From Candidatus Latescibacterota bacterium (lineage in GTDB: Bacteria; Latescibacterota; UBA2968; GCA-2709665), in assembly GCA_965226795.1 (NCBI GenBank), contig CBDDDZ010000005.1, positions 2,240,001 to 2,304,000 of the forward strand: a DNA stretch of 64,000 bases, in the 5' to 3' direction. Each line of letters begins with the position of its first letter. Within the stretch, counting starts at the first letter, position 1. The translations under genes were made by a program, and so were the position numbers. Positions 50,090-60,246 of the stretch are shown piece by piece. The notes under the pieces are model-generated. The model ran no database searches, had not been told where the DNA came from, and saw only the letters and a list, made by a program, of their open reading frames with translations.

Positions 50090-50926
50090 TCACTTTTCAT
50101 GTGGTTTGCTATGGGATTGAAATTGATCGAACTCCGGATAAGGGTTTTCGGAGAGCCTGACTCCCCCTACCCAGGTCACATGGTGTGTGGTCGCGATCTC
50201 ACCGGATGAGGTGGTATTGCGTTCGGCGAACAGCTTCAGGCGTGGGTCATCGTAGCGAGGAAGGGATTCGCCGCCCCAGGCCCAGATGGAACATTGGAAA
50301 TGGAGCCATTCGCAGACATCCGGATAGATTCGCTTCTCGATGATGTCGGCTGCAAATCGAATCCCTACGCCGTTCCTTTCCATTGAAACGCGCATCTGGT
50401 CTTGAACGGTAATCATCTGGCTTAGCCGTGTCTTGTCGCCAAAAACCTCGCCCACCTCCTGATGGTGCAGTTCCCCTATCAGTTCACAGAAGATGAGACC
50501 TCCCGGCTTCAGAACTCGGAGAGCGGCCTGTACCCCGAAACTGTCATACCCGATGGGTGCCCGTTCGGAGTAGACAAAGTCAAACGATTCCGGCGCCAGG
50601 GCCTCTCCTTCCGCAAGGAAGTCGAGAAGCCTGAACTCTACGTTCCTCGTTTTGCTGTTTCTCAGGGCCTCTTCAGCCAGTTCTATGTGGCTGGGGTCGT
50701 TGTCGACACCGAGAGCTGAGTCAAAGCAATTGGCATAATGTACCAGAGTTCCGCCGTTCCCGCACCCGATATCCAGAACTCGCATCTCCGGGCGAAACTG
50801 CGACGCGATAATCTCTGTTGCCCGTGGCGCGATGTTTGAATCAGTGCGGTACTTCGCCGGCCGAGAGCCGTAGAAGGAGTGTTCCTGATTCAGAATCGAC
50901 TTCAGGCGATCTTCGTCAAGACGCAT
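50090..50926 (-). CDS. Class I SAM-dependent methyltransferase
   Basis: VLDIGCGNG and RVLKPGG. Confidence 0.88.
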   Translation of the reverse strand: MRLDEDRLKSILNQEHSFYGSRPAKYRTDSNIAPRATEIIASQFRPEMRVLDIGCGNGGTLVHYANCFDSALGVDNDPSHIELAEEALRNSKTRNVEFRLLDFLAEGEALAPESFDFVYSERAPIGYDSFGVQAALRVLKPGGLIFCELIGELHHQEVGEVFGDKTRLSQMITVQDQMRVSMERNGVGIRFAADIIEKRIYPDVCEWLHFQCSIWAWGGESLPRYDDPRLKLFAERNTTSSGEIATTHHVTWVGGVRLSENPYPEFDQFQSHSKPHEK

Positions 50927-51013
50927 TTATTGGACCTCCATTCGTGTGTGGCTGCGCCAAGTGCGCGAGCACGGGGCAGGATGTTAGCCGAATGCCGCTC
51001 TGACAGATCTCAC

Positions 51014-51676
51014 CTATAACCGCTCGTTTCTGACAGAATAGAAAAATGGGTGAACCTCATCCAGCGCATCGACACGGGTAAGCCCCGCTCCTACGATACC
51101 TTCCCGTTCGATCTCAAACCCGGTCTCAGCAAGAAACTTCCTGTAGGTCGAGGGGCCGAAGTTGCTCCAGTACATCGTCTCCCCGAAGAAGCCTTCTTCA
51201 GTATATCCAGGCCCGTCGTTCTTCCTGGCAACCGTAAACAGAAGAAGCCCACCGGGCCGAAGCCACCGTGCGAATCGCCGAAAGAGATTCAGATGTTCCT
51301 GTCTCGGGATGTGGAAAATGGCGTAAAAGCTGACAATCGCATCGAAGCTGGCTACGGGAAATTCCATCTCCATCATGTCGGCGGTGACAAACCTTGCTGC
51401 GGGTACGTTTTTTCTGGCCAGCGCTATCATGCTCGAGGAGATGTCGATACCCGTGACGCGAAATGTCGTCGCAAGTTGCCGCGCGACCGGGATACCAGCG
51501 CCGCAGCCAACGTCAAGGATCCTGGAACCAGGTGTCAGACGTTCGGTTATCAGCTTGAACTCAGTGTCGGCCATGGTGCACCGTTGCTCGGCGTATTCTA
51601 TGGCGCATCGGTCATAAGCCGCCCTGACGAGCGCCCGATAATCCGTATTCGGATCGTCAGGAATCTTGAATGGCAT
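51014..51676 (-). CDS. Class I SAM-dependent methyltransferase
   Basis: ILDVGCGAG, YAIFHIPR and WLRPGG; minus-strand GGCTAAC about 25 nt after the stop. Confidence 0.9.
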   Translation of the reverse strand: MPFKIPDDPNTDYRALVRAAYDRCAIEYAEQRCTMADTEFKLITERLTPGSRILDVGCGAGIPVARQLATTFRVTGIDISSSMIALARKNVPAARFVTADMMEMEFPVASFDAIVSFYAIFHIPRQEHLNLFRRFARWLRPGGLLLFTVARKNDGPGYTEEGFFGETMYWSNFGPSTYRKFLAETGFEIEREGIVGAGLTRVDALDEVHPFFYSVRNERL

Positions 51677-51852
51677 TATGTCACATACCTGACCTGAGTA
51701 TCTCGTTTCAATGAAGGTTTTCGGCTTTCGTTATGCCGGATTGTGATCCAAAGGCGTGGGAGGCAGGCCTTTCCAGGGATGTGTGACCAGGGTTCCCTGC
51801 AGGACGAAGCGAAAGAACCCAGGGCGAACAATGTCGTCATATCAGGCGGAAA

Positions 51853-52221
51853 CTATCCGTTTTTGTCTTGAGCAATACAAAGACTGTTTCCGTCGGGAAC
51901 TTCGAAACTGAACTCAATATTGCCCCAGCTTTGGTCCCAGAGCCGTCCAACCGGGATACCCGCTTGCTTGAACTCCTCGTAGACGGCTGCCGCGTCCTCG
52001 ACGTAGATCTGAACAGTCCGCGTCCCGGGCGGACCATCGCCGGGAAATGAGGATATGACGATGTGGGCCGCATCCCGGCCGACGCCCATGTAGCAGGGGT
52101 CGAGCCTGGTCGGATGGGGCCTCCACGCGTACCGGCGACGGAACCCGAGTTTTCCGCAGTAGAATTCCTCGGCAGCCCTGGAACTCGACACGCCCAAAAT
52201 CGGTATCGCCTCTTTAAACAC
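51853..52221 (-). CDS. Glyoxalase/bleomycin resistance family protein
   Basis: AIPIL, FYCGKLGF and WGNIEFSFEVPDGNSL; GGAGG RBS. Confidence 0.85.
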   Translation of the reverse strand: MFKEAIPILGVSSSRAAEEFYCGKLGFRRRYAWRPHPTRLDPCYMGVGRDAAHIVISSFPGDGPPGTRTVQIYVEDAAAVYEEFKQAGIPVGRLWDQSWGNIEFSFEVPDGNSLCIAQDKNG

Positions 52222-52323
52222 GCCATTTCCTCCAATCAAATTAACTTCAGCACTCGCGAACAGGCACGGTAATACGGACCGGTCAGAAAAATCCCCGAAT
52301 GTTCGTGTGGGATTTAACTATCG

Positions 52324-52710
52324 TCAATCCGATTCAAATACATGTTGGGTCAACCACTCAACCAGACTCTCCTTTGAAACCTGGCCGGAAGCAACACCTA
52401 AAATAAGCGACTCTTGTTCATCCACACTGGCTCTGATTTCATGACCTTTCAGAATCAGAAATACCTCCATCGCTGCATGGCCCAATCTCTTATTCCCATC
52501 CACGAACGGGTGGTTTTGCACGAGGGAAAAGCATAACGCACCGGCTTTCTCGATCAACGAAGGATAGAGATCACGCCCCCCATAAGTGATACGGGGTTGC
52601 GCGACGGCCGACTCTAATCTGCCTGTATCGCGCAACCCCGATGCTCCGCCACTTTGATCAACAACGCGTCCGTAAAGTTCGATCACCTCTGCCAAAGAAA
52701 GATACCTCAT
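52324..52710 (-). CDS. doc: Doc (death-on-curing, Fic family) toxin
   Basis: GLRDTGRLESA and HPFVDGNKR. Confidence 0.92.
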   Translation of the reverse strand: MRYLSLAEVIELYGRVVDQSGGASGLRDTGRLESAVAQPRITYGGRDLYPSLIEKAGALCFSLVQNHPFVDGNKRLGHAAMEVFLILKGHEIRASVDEQESLILGVASGQVSKESLVEWLTQHVFESD

Positions 52711-52904
52711 TAACTCAGCCTTCTATAGAGTTCCTCATTCTTGCGTAAAACACGCTGTGCTGCAACTTCAAAATCCTCTTGAAGCTTATCAAGCAAATCG
52801 TCCAACGCAGCTTTTGCAAGCTGCTCCGGACGTATGCCAAGGCGTTTTGCGGTTGAATCCAACTTTTCGTTTTGTGATTCTGTGAGATCCAGATAAAGCT
52901 TCAT
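52710..52904 (-). CDS. Putative antitoxin of Doc
   Basis: 64 aa; stop overlaps the doc start; C-terminal VLRKNEELYRRLS. Confidence 0.8.
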   Translation of the reverse strand: MKLYLDLTESQNEKLDSTAKRLGIRPEQLAKAALDDLLDKLQEDFEVAAQRVLRKNEELYRRLS

Positions 52905-53145
52905 TTCAGTTCCTCCGTGCGTTGTTGGTTATTCCACATAATCGCAAATTACAGACCAGGGTTCAAGAGTGTTTTTTCTTTTCGGTTTGTCTGCAAATAC
53001 CGCTTCTGGGGGCTTTGCCAGTTTGCGAACCCCGACCCGTGCCCTGATCACAGCCTCCTGGTTTTCGGTTTTCATCATTAGCCACCAGGAGTCAAGATTA
53101 ACGACGTGTCCCGGCCCGATCATTGCAATCTTCAATTGGGGCTTT

Positions 53146-53229
53146 CTATATCGGTTGACCTATATCAATTCGGTTGCCATCAGAATCTGCGATGACAAAG
53201 TCCCGAAGACCGTATCTTTGATCGCGTAG
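53146..53229 (-). pseudogene. VOC/glyoxalase C-terminal remnant
   Basis: LRDQRYGLRDFVIADSDGNRIDIGQPI*. Confidence 0.55.
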
Positions 53230-53316
53230 TCCCTCCAGATTGCGAGAAACCGCTCCCGGCTGCTGCGAACCGTGCATCGTTGGACGAAGGGCCAAATGGC
53301 CCATAGCCGGGCATGG

Positions 53317-54144
53317 TTACGTCTTGTCGGCGACATTTGGTCCGTTCTGTGATACTGAATGCTCCTTGACGATCATTCTATCCGCATGAAGGGAGACAAA
53401 ATTGAAGCAAGGCGGGTGCTCTGCGTCAAAGTTCACTTTCTGTTCATCAGGCCAATAGTTGAGCTGGCAGAAAGTGCTTCCTACGCTGATATACGCAATG
53501 CCGTCTTTCTGGATATGGGTCCCTCGATGAACATGACCGAAAAACACGCCTCGCAGCCGATCTCTTGCCGGCAACAGTGCATCATGTAATTCGGCGCCAT
53601 TGAGCATGCCTACGTATTTGGAATACCACCTGGAATCCATATCGAGAGGCGAGTGATGAATGAAGACAGTCAATGAGCCGCTCCGCCGGCCAACTTCCGC
53701 TCGAACAATATCAAGCTGGTCTTCCGTAACTTTTCCGAAGTGGCCCACTTCATCGTATGGCTGCTGGGAATCCAGAACCAGAAACCGTTCGCTTGCAATT
53801 GAGAATCGATAACAGTTCAGGTCCGATCTGGATAGAACATCCTCTTTGGGCCCCATCTTTAGATGTTTGCGCATATAGGCACGCGTATCGTGGTTTCCTG
53901 TCACGAAGTACATGTGAATATTGATCTTAGCAAATGCCTCCGCAGCCAACTCGTAAGCGACTTCGGTGTCATGGTTCGCTATGTCGCCTGTATGGATTAT
54001 GAATCGAGGTTGGGTAGGAAGGCCATTTATGGCTTCAAGGACCCGCAGCAGATTGCGGTAAGGATTGTTGCCCAGCACGGCCCAATCTCTCGAATGCCCT
54101 AAGTGTGTGTCACTGATATGCACGAAATACAGGGGATCTGCCAT
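53317..54144 (-). CDS. Metallophosphoesterase, CpdA/Icc-like phosphodiesterase
   Basis: HISDTH, TGDI, GNHD, HHSP and GHVH. Confidence 0.88.
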   Translation of the reverse strand: MADPLYFVHISDTHLGHSRDWAVLGNNPYRNLLRVLEAINGLPTQPRFIIHTGDIANHDTEVAYELAAEAFAKINIHMYFVTGNHDTRAYMRKHLKMGPKEDVLSRSDLNCYRFSIASERFLVLDSQQPYDEVGHFGKVTEDQLDIVRAEVGRRSGSLTVFIHHSPLDMDSRWYSKYVGMLNGAELHDALLPARDRLRGVFFGHVHRGTHIQKDGIAYISVGSTFCQLNYWPDEQKVNFDAEHPPCFNFVSLHADRMIVKEHSVSQNGPNVADKT

Positions 54145-54360
54145 TTCTTCCTCCTCTACCGGGCGTTGCGGATCCAATGATTCATACATGTTGACCGCGG
54201 TCCTCGGATGGGCAGCGCCGGCTGTTCGAGGGCGCGCTTTCGGCTATTGACTCTCGCCGTACCCGAAGCCGGGGTCATGGATCTGCTATACGGCCCCCAA
54301 CGACCCACGCGGGAGAAACGAGCGGGATGTTTGCGATTGCAGTCCGACGTAAAAAAGCAC

Positions 54361-54912
54361 TCATTGCCTGGATCCATGCCTGGACTCAAATTCAGTCTTT
54401 AACAAACCGAACAAGAGCCTATCCCATCGGCAATTGGACCAATATGCAGCCTCACGCTCCCGTCCTTCCTGTGCAAATCCAAGCTTCTCAAGAACTCTTA
54501 TAGCGCCTGCATTGTTTGAAGTCGTCGCAGCCGAAATCCTGTACAAGTCCAATTCTTCGAACCCGAACCGAAGCATGACCAGCGCAGCATCCGTGCAATA
54601 CCCCTTCCCCCTGTCCTGTCTGAGTGCGATTCCAAAACCGAGACTCGCTGTGCGACTCCTCCAGTCGATTCCCGAAAGCTGAATATCACCGACGAGATTT
54701 CCATCATTATCGAAGATGCCCAGGTAAATTTGACTCTTGCCCTGTTGCTGCTGGATCTCGTCAAACCATTTCTCCGAGCCCTCGAGTGAATGACCAGGCC
54801 TCACCGGTTCGGTCGGAATTGGCTCCTCGAGCTCATACTGTTCCCATAGTGTGCGGCAATGCTGGCGTTCCATTGTCCGCAATACCGCTTTTTTGCCACG
54901 CAATTCAATCAT
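54361..54912 (-). CDS. GNAT (RimJ/RimL-like)
   Basis: RGKGYCTDA, NAGAIRVLEKLGF and EGRERE; start at MIEL (54912). Confidence 0.88.
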   Translation of the reverse strand: MIELRGKKAVLRTMERQHCRTLWEQYELEEPIPTEPVRPGHSLEGSEKWFDEIQQQQGKSQIYLGIFDNDGNLVGDIQLSGIDWRSRTASLGFGIALRQDRGKGYCTDAALVMLRFGFEELDLYRISAATTSNNAGAIRVLEKLGFAQEGREREAAYWSNCRWDRLLFGLLKTEFESRHGSRQ

Positions 54913-55268
54913 GAAAGGTAACCTGTCAACGTATTCACGATCTGGATATCCTCGCCGATGGATTTCAACAACATCGCTGCTGAGTTGGCATAGCAGTTTG
55001 GAGCATTTCCTGCATATTCGAGCATCGTCTTCTCCCCTCACTCGACGAACGTTCAGGCAGGAAAGGCGTTGCGCATAGCGTCCAGCAGGGCTGATGGCCG
55101 GTTTGGGAACCCGCGAAGCGGGTTGCGCAGGCCAGGGCGCCCGTCGGCAAGCGTAGGACAGGCTCCGCGCCGAAGCACAAGAGGACTTGTTATAGGTCTA
55201 CAAAGGTCTTCGGAGTTGCAACATCCAATTGGACACCCTCGCCGAGTCCCGGTTTTATCTTAAAGTCC

Positions 55269-55841
55269 TCATTCGCTGGCGCGAGCAAGGTATTGCAATG
55301 CCAACGAAATTGCAGAAACCCACGACAAGACCTTGAACTCTCCGGAGCCTAACGCATCTTCCAACTCCTGCCGAGAAAGAAACAGAAGTTGTTGATCCTC
55401 AATGTCATCACTGCAAGGTTCAGTTACTTGCCGTGCCTTACGAGCCAGGAACAAGTGCCGAACGCCAACACCGCGATTGGGGTCGACCTTGTAGCTGCCA
55501 AGGTCGATCCATTCCGTCGCTTCGAATCCAGTCTCCTCCAGCAGTTCACGCTTTGCAGCCGTTAATGGATCCTCACCGGGTTCAACCATACCTGCTACAG
55601 GCGCCAGAGTCGTTCCCTCGACCGCGTATTTCGTCTGCCGAAAACAAAGGAACCTGCCGTCAGAATCGACCGCGAGAATGATCGATGCGTCCGGGCCGAC
55701 TATCCAGGGCCAGTCGGCGATGACCTGTCCATCCGGCCATTGTACTGTGTGACGCTCTACATTCAGATATGGTCCGTGATTTAGAATTGTGCGACGCGAA
55801 AGGGTCTTGAACGGTCGCAGTTCCTTGCCATCGGTTGTCAT
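55269..55841 (-). CDS. NUDIX hydrolase (ADP-ribose pyrophosphatase-like)
   Basis: AGMVEPGEDPLTAAKRELLEETG. Confidence 0.9.
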   Translation of the reverse strand: MTTDGKELRPFKTLSRRTILNHGPYLNVERHTVQWPDGQVIADWPWIVGPDASIILAVDSDGRFLCFRQTKYAVEGTTLAPVAGMVEPGEDPLTAAKRELLEETGFEATEWIDLGSYKVDPNRGVGVRHLFLARKARQVTEPCSDDIEDQQLLFLSRQELEDALGSGEFKVLSWVSAISLALQYLARASE

Positions 55842-56109
55842 TTGTCCTCCCTCAGAATGCTGGGGCGTGGTGGATACAGTTCTTGCGGTTATCTACATGG
55901 TCTTGTCGATCCGGAAACCGGTGTTGTGTATGACGTTCAGCAATGGCTGGTGGCTGCCGACCGCCGCAGGCGGTTGGTGCGCCGCTTGCTTCTCTCGCTC
56001 TCACAGCAAGCGGTGTGACAAAGGCAGCTATACCTATAGGCCGAGGGGCGTCCGAACGGCGGCACCGCAAAAACCGTGAGGTCGACCGCAGTGCTCAGCC
56101 TGACCACGG

Positions 56110-56922
56110 CTAACCGAACTGTTCTTCCAGCCATGCGATCGCGAAGTCTGCCAGATCCTTGGCGTCGAACAGATACGAGTCCGCTGCACCAACCCGCCCC
56201 TCCGCGCAGCGTCCGAGAGCCATATACTCTTTTGAAATGGACTGGAAATAGCTGCCGTCGGGCCAGTCAACGATTCCGTTGGAAGTATCGAACTGCTCGA
56301 ACTCGATCCATTCGCACTTGCCACCGCGCAAGACCGGCCATCGATAGCGCTCGGTTCTCTTGTTGGGCACGTCAGCAACGTGTTCCGCGTAGTGGAGAAT
56401 GGTGAGGCTATCGAAAAGCGGTCCAAGCAGGAGTATTTTTCCCCGAACTTCGCACAACTTCTCGAGGGGGGAATCCGCGCCATAACCGAACTGTAGCGGA
56501 TGGTTTGACGTTATCCAATCCGCCCTCGCGCCAACTGCTGCCACTCGTGCCTCAGGATGGGCGCTGCAACGTGACCCTGGCCACGTGCGCAGGTACTCTG
56601 TAAGGATGCTCCACTCACGAAATGCGCGAGTCCGGGAAGGACCAAACGGTGGACACTCTGCGAGATAGGCTTTCTGCCAGTCCTCCGGCCACTCATCGAA
56701 TTCGTTCAGAGGCTCCTCGCACTTCACGTACATCATCAGGGTCCCCGATGAACCGAGCACGTCCAGGATCGCCCGAAGCACCATATCAGGCCCCCCGACG
56801 ATCCAACCGACTGCCTTGACAGAAGCATGCAGCATCACGGTGTCGCCTGAGGCAATCCCCAGTTTCGATAAGTCAGATACCAATCTGCTTCGTGTAATCG
56901 CCGGCAGATTTGTGTTGGCCAT
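56110..56922 (-). CDS. aac(3): Aminoglycoside 3-N-acetyltransferase (copy A)
   Basis: VMLHASVKAVGWIVGG, GTLMM, GKILLLG and TILHYAE; 270 aa from ATG 56922. Confidence 0.88.
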   Translation of the reverse strand: MANTNLPAITRSRLVSDLSKLGIASGDTVMLHASVKAVGWIVGGPDMVLRAILDVLGSSGTLMMYVKCEEPLNEFDEWPEDWQKAYLAECPPFGPSRTRAFREWSILTEYLRTWPGSRCSAHPEARVAAVGARADWITSNHPLQFGYGADSPLEKLCEVRGKILLLGPLFDSLTILHYAEHVADVPNKRTERYRWPVLRGGKCEWIEFEQFDTSNGIVDWPDGSYFQSISKEYMALGRCAEGRVGAADSYLFDAKDLADFAIAWLEEQFG

Positions 56923-57036
56923 GCCGCTTGCCTCCCGTGTCAGGGAAGTCATTTTATTGCAGAAAACGTCGTCCGTGACCACGAACCGCGCAACGTTAAC
57001 AGGCCTGCTGAGCTGTTGGCTTTCTACGAACTTTAG

Positions 57037-57196
57037 CAGCCCGTTGAAAAAGTCCATCCGGTCTGCGGCCGGCTCTTGTGGCCGAATTACTGCGTTGCGC
57101 TCCCTCTCCGAATCCCCGGATTCGGCTCGGTCGCGCGCCTTGTCTTCGGTCACAATGGCTCGGCCTCGCCTGCAGAGCAACTTTTTCAACGGACTG
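57037..57196 (-). mobile_element. 160-bp MITE (copy 2) with TTAG target duplication
   Basis: Reverse-complement copy of 25464-25623, flanked by TTAG at 57033-57036 and 57197-57200. Confidence 0.85.
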
Positions 57197-57299
57197 TTAG
57201 ACGTATGTCCACTCATTCTTGGGGCGCACTGCTTAGGGTTAAATCCTATTTGGACAAGGAACCGCGTCAAATCCTGCCTCAACTTCTGACCAATTCCCG

Positions 57300-57615
57300 G
57301 TCCGCACCCCCCCTGTACCAGCACCGGTATTTCCGACCGTGTCCGCCCGGGGATATTTGGATCGGCTCCCACGTGCAGCAAGAACCGGACGACTTCAACC
57401 CTTTTGCCGCGTGTTGCTTCCCACAGAAACGTCCTGTTGTGACCGCCGCTCTTGGCCAGCAGCAGCGACGGGTCCCGCTTCAGATGCCGTTTTACAGCGT
57501 TCGAATCTCCGCGTCGTGCATCCTTTAAAATCCTGTCGATACCGAAGCGGCCGCTGTGGCCTGAACGCGGCTTGACTTCATCTCCCCATTCGTGGTCGTC
57601 CGGAGCAGTACCCAT
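57300..57615 (-). pseudogene. Truncated ankyrin repeat protein
   Basis: RTFLWEATRGKRVEVVRFLLHVGADPN, after which ankyrin similarity is lost. Confidence 0.55.
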
Positions 57616-57772
57616 CGTCTCTGTACCTGATTCAGCCGGCTATTTCGGACTACTGACGTTACGTCGATTTCCGAACCCCGCGCTCGGCCGCGGCGCATGC
57701 CCTGAGCCGCTCACATTTGCACAAGTGGATGTAATGGAAGAGGTACGAACCCGAGAGATCGCCAAAAGAAAC

Positions 57773-57808
57773 AACGGGGCGGTCATCACCCCGTTTCGTG
57801 TTTTTTTC
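57773..57808. terminator. Intrinsic terminator-like hairpin downstream of hicA
   Basis: AACGGGG...CCCCGTT stem with A-rich and T-rich flanks. Confidence 0.55.
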
Positions 57809-57853
57809 CTGATAGGCGTACCAATTTTGCCGTAGACGATGTTGGAAATCAGT

Positions 57854-58080
57854 TCACATCAGGGCTCGAAATTCTTCCACGGTCAAACCGGCCTCGCGAA
57901 TGATCGCTCGAAGAGTTCCGCTTTGGCTACTTGTCTATGATTGGGGACTACGATACGGCGATAGGGTTCTCGATTCAGTCGTAATACGATGTGGCTTCCG
58001 CGTTGACGATCGTACTCATAGCCGATCTTTCCTAATGCGCTGACAACATCGCGACCGGACACAACCGGGAGCGGGCTCAA
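57854..58080 (-). pseudogene. hicA: HicA toxin, frameshifted near 57920
   Basis: RQRGSH and VVPNH; the canonical GTLRAIIREAGLTVEEF tail is out of frame. Confidence 0.8.
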
Positions 58081-58298
58081 ATTTTAATCTCGATGATTTC
58101 TTCCGTAATCGCGGGAGGAATCGGGTCCCCATGGGCTTCCAGACTCTCAATATAGAGCTCCATCGCTTCCTGCGCATTTTCCAGGGCTTCCTTTCGAGTA
58201 GACCCTTGCGAAATGCACCCTGGTAAAGCGGGAACCTCGGCCACAAAAATACCGTCTTCGTCTTGCTCGATGTGTACCCTGAATTTGATTTTGCTCAT
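58077..58298 (-). CDS. hicB: HicB family antitoxin
   Basis: VPALPGCISQGSTRKEALENAQEA. Confidence 0.92.
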   Translation of the reverse strand: MSKIKFRVHIEQDEDGIFVAEVPALPGCISQGSTRKEALENAQEAMELYIESLEAHGDPIPPAITEEIIEIKI

Positions 58299-58702
58299 TT
58301 CGCTGTCCCCGACTATCGACTATTCCCTCCAAATATGCTTTCCAACGCATCAAAGATAGCCATTATTCAATACCGTTGCAATCAGTATTGGAGTTTTTTG
58401 TCTTCCTCGATCAGAAAACCTGAACTACCATCTAATTGCGATTGGACCGTCTTCAGATCGCCTTGCGTGGCGCCTTCCAGGTTTACGGAAGACCGTGGCG
58501 GCTTAGCCGCCGCATTGGCGTACACGTTGTTTCCGGAAATCGGACATCACTTGGTACACTCGCAGTGCTCTTCCCGCGATCATTCCAGCCCGAGTCTTTG
58601 TTCCACCTATAGGGGTTATCCATATACGCTGACGTTTCCGACGCGCGGTCGTGTTACCCTGCGCGCATCGCCCAGTAACCAACACTTTCTATGCAATTGA
58701 AT

Positions 58703-59776
58703 CTACTCGGTCGCTTCAATAAGCGCGAGTGCCGCTTTGACACTGGCAATTGCGTTTCGTTCCGCCTGGAGCGCGGTAGAGATAAGCCTGCTCGCCTCGG
58801 CGCGGGCGTCATCGGTAAATTCGTCCGCATCCCCGGAGCACTCGCAGACCAAAAGGAGCTTACCCGACGCTTCGGCAACGCGATCATAGTGACCGGCTGC
58901 TGACCGGAGTTCGGAGTCGGCCACCGGGAATACATCGGTGAGATCCCGCAAATAAGCTGCGGCGTAGCGCCGGAGGGACGTCAGTACTCCTGCGTGGCTT
59001 TGAGTATCCTTAACGATTCCGTGGCTCCTCGGATGCCGCTGACCGGGATCGGGACTCGCTCCCGAATCGATGGCGTCCCGCCAGAGTTCGAAGGCGGCGA
59101 GGCCCCGAGCGTCCACTTTGATTGGGGCTTTGTCGGTATCGTATCGAGTCCCGTTCGCAAACGCGACCGCGTTCCTTAGCGCCTTGACGTGGGTGCTCGG
59201 CACATCGCCCTGCTCCGATCCATCGTAGACGAACACACAGAAATCTTCGGGAGGGTCGACGTCTCCGATCTCGTCGTAGCGAACGCCAAATTCCCCGCCG
59301 CGACGGCGAACGATGTAGGATTCGTCCGCCTCGTCGTAACCCACCAGGAGACCCCAATCGCGGGCCGAATCCTCTTTTGGATACATAGGGGCCCACGCAG
59401 CCGCCGGTATCCCACGGTCGATGCTTTCCCGAACGGCATCCCAGGCGGCAGCCTTGATCTTCCTGCTTTCGTCGGGGTCGGTGTCCCCCTGGCGCGCCTG
59501 AAAGCGCTGAATTCGGCAGCCCAGTTCCGCTTCCGGGCGGGCCTCGAAGACCAGCCACCAGTCCAGGTTCCCCTCCTGCCAGACGTCCCCGCCGCCTTTC
59601 TTCATTTCGAAACTGAAGGCATTGCCCAGTACGCCTTGAAGCCGCGCAGGCGACCATTCCGTTTGCCCCGGCGCCCGAAGCATGTCGTGGAAGGCACTGA
59701 TGATACGGGTCCAGACTTTCGTCCTCTCGATGTCCAGAACCTTGCGCAGATGCCCTCTTTTCGATTCGGATACCAT
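58703..59776 (-). CDS. Hypothetical protein, possibly BtrH-N/papain-like fold
   Basis: GAGGAG RBS before ATG 59776; VRESIDRGIP...WGLLVGYD and GLAAFELW motifs. Confidence 0.55.
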   Translation of the reverse strand: MVSESKRGHLRKVLDIERTKVWTRIISAFHDMLRAPGQTEWSPARLQGVLGNAFSFEMKKGGGDVWQEGNLDWWLVFEARPEAELGCRIQRFQARQGDTDPDESRKIKAAAWDAVRESIDRGIPAAAWAPMYPKEDSARDWGLLVGYDEADESYIVRRRGGEFGVRYDEIGDVDPPEDFCVFVYDGSEQGDVPSTHVKALRNAVAFANGTRYDTDKAPIKVDARGLAAFELWRDAIDSGASPDPGQRHPRSHGIVKDTQSHAGVLTSLRRYAAAYLRDLTDVFPVADSELRSAAGHYDRVAEASGKLLLVCECSGDADEFTDDARAEASRLISTALQAERNAIASVKAALALIEATE

Positions 59777-60035
59777 TTTCTTCTCCTCTATCACGTTCGC
59801 GCCGGGCGTTTCGAGCGCAACGACTGCGACGACCAGGGTAACTGAAATACGGACAAGGAAGGAAAGTACGATGTTTGGCAGCCCTCGCCGTACTTTTCCG
59901 CCATCAAGGACAAAGAGCCGTCGGACGCGTGATAGGACGGCGCCGCACGTTGCGACCAGAGCCAATATCGGGCTCATAGAGGCTTCCCGCTTGACAATCA
60001 CCTCCGCGTGCCGCTTGCGACCCGACTCCGGCGAT

Positions 60036-60212
60036 TCAGGTTGTTTCTCGCAATTCATAACCCAGGCGCTCCAGGCTCCTTTGAGGCCACGCTTTGTTCC
60101 TGTCGTATCCTTCTTCAAACTGAGAAACATGAGCCGGCAGCTCGAGCCAGGCATGCTTTTCTTTGGTCCAGATGTGCGCATTTATCTCAAGAAACCTCAT
60201 ATCCTCCAATGT
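60036..60212 (-). pseudogene. GFA-family C-terminal remnant
   Basis: TLEDMRFLEINAHIWTKEKHAWLELP...WPQRSLERL. Confidence 0.5.
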
Positions 60213-60246
60213 CTCATCCGAAACAACACCTCTGTGTTAAACACGA

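Noticed and set aside
59777..60181. N-terminal extension of the 492-aa ORF (and similar extensions at 4169-5176, 14768-16381 and 34858-35754)
   Set aside because: The extensions run through spacers or other gene remnants; internal starts are supported by RBS, motif position or paralog alignment.
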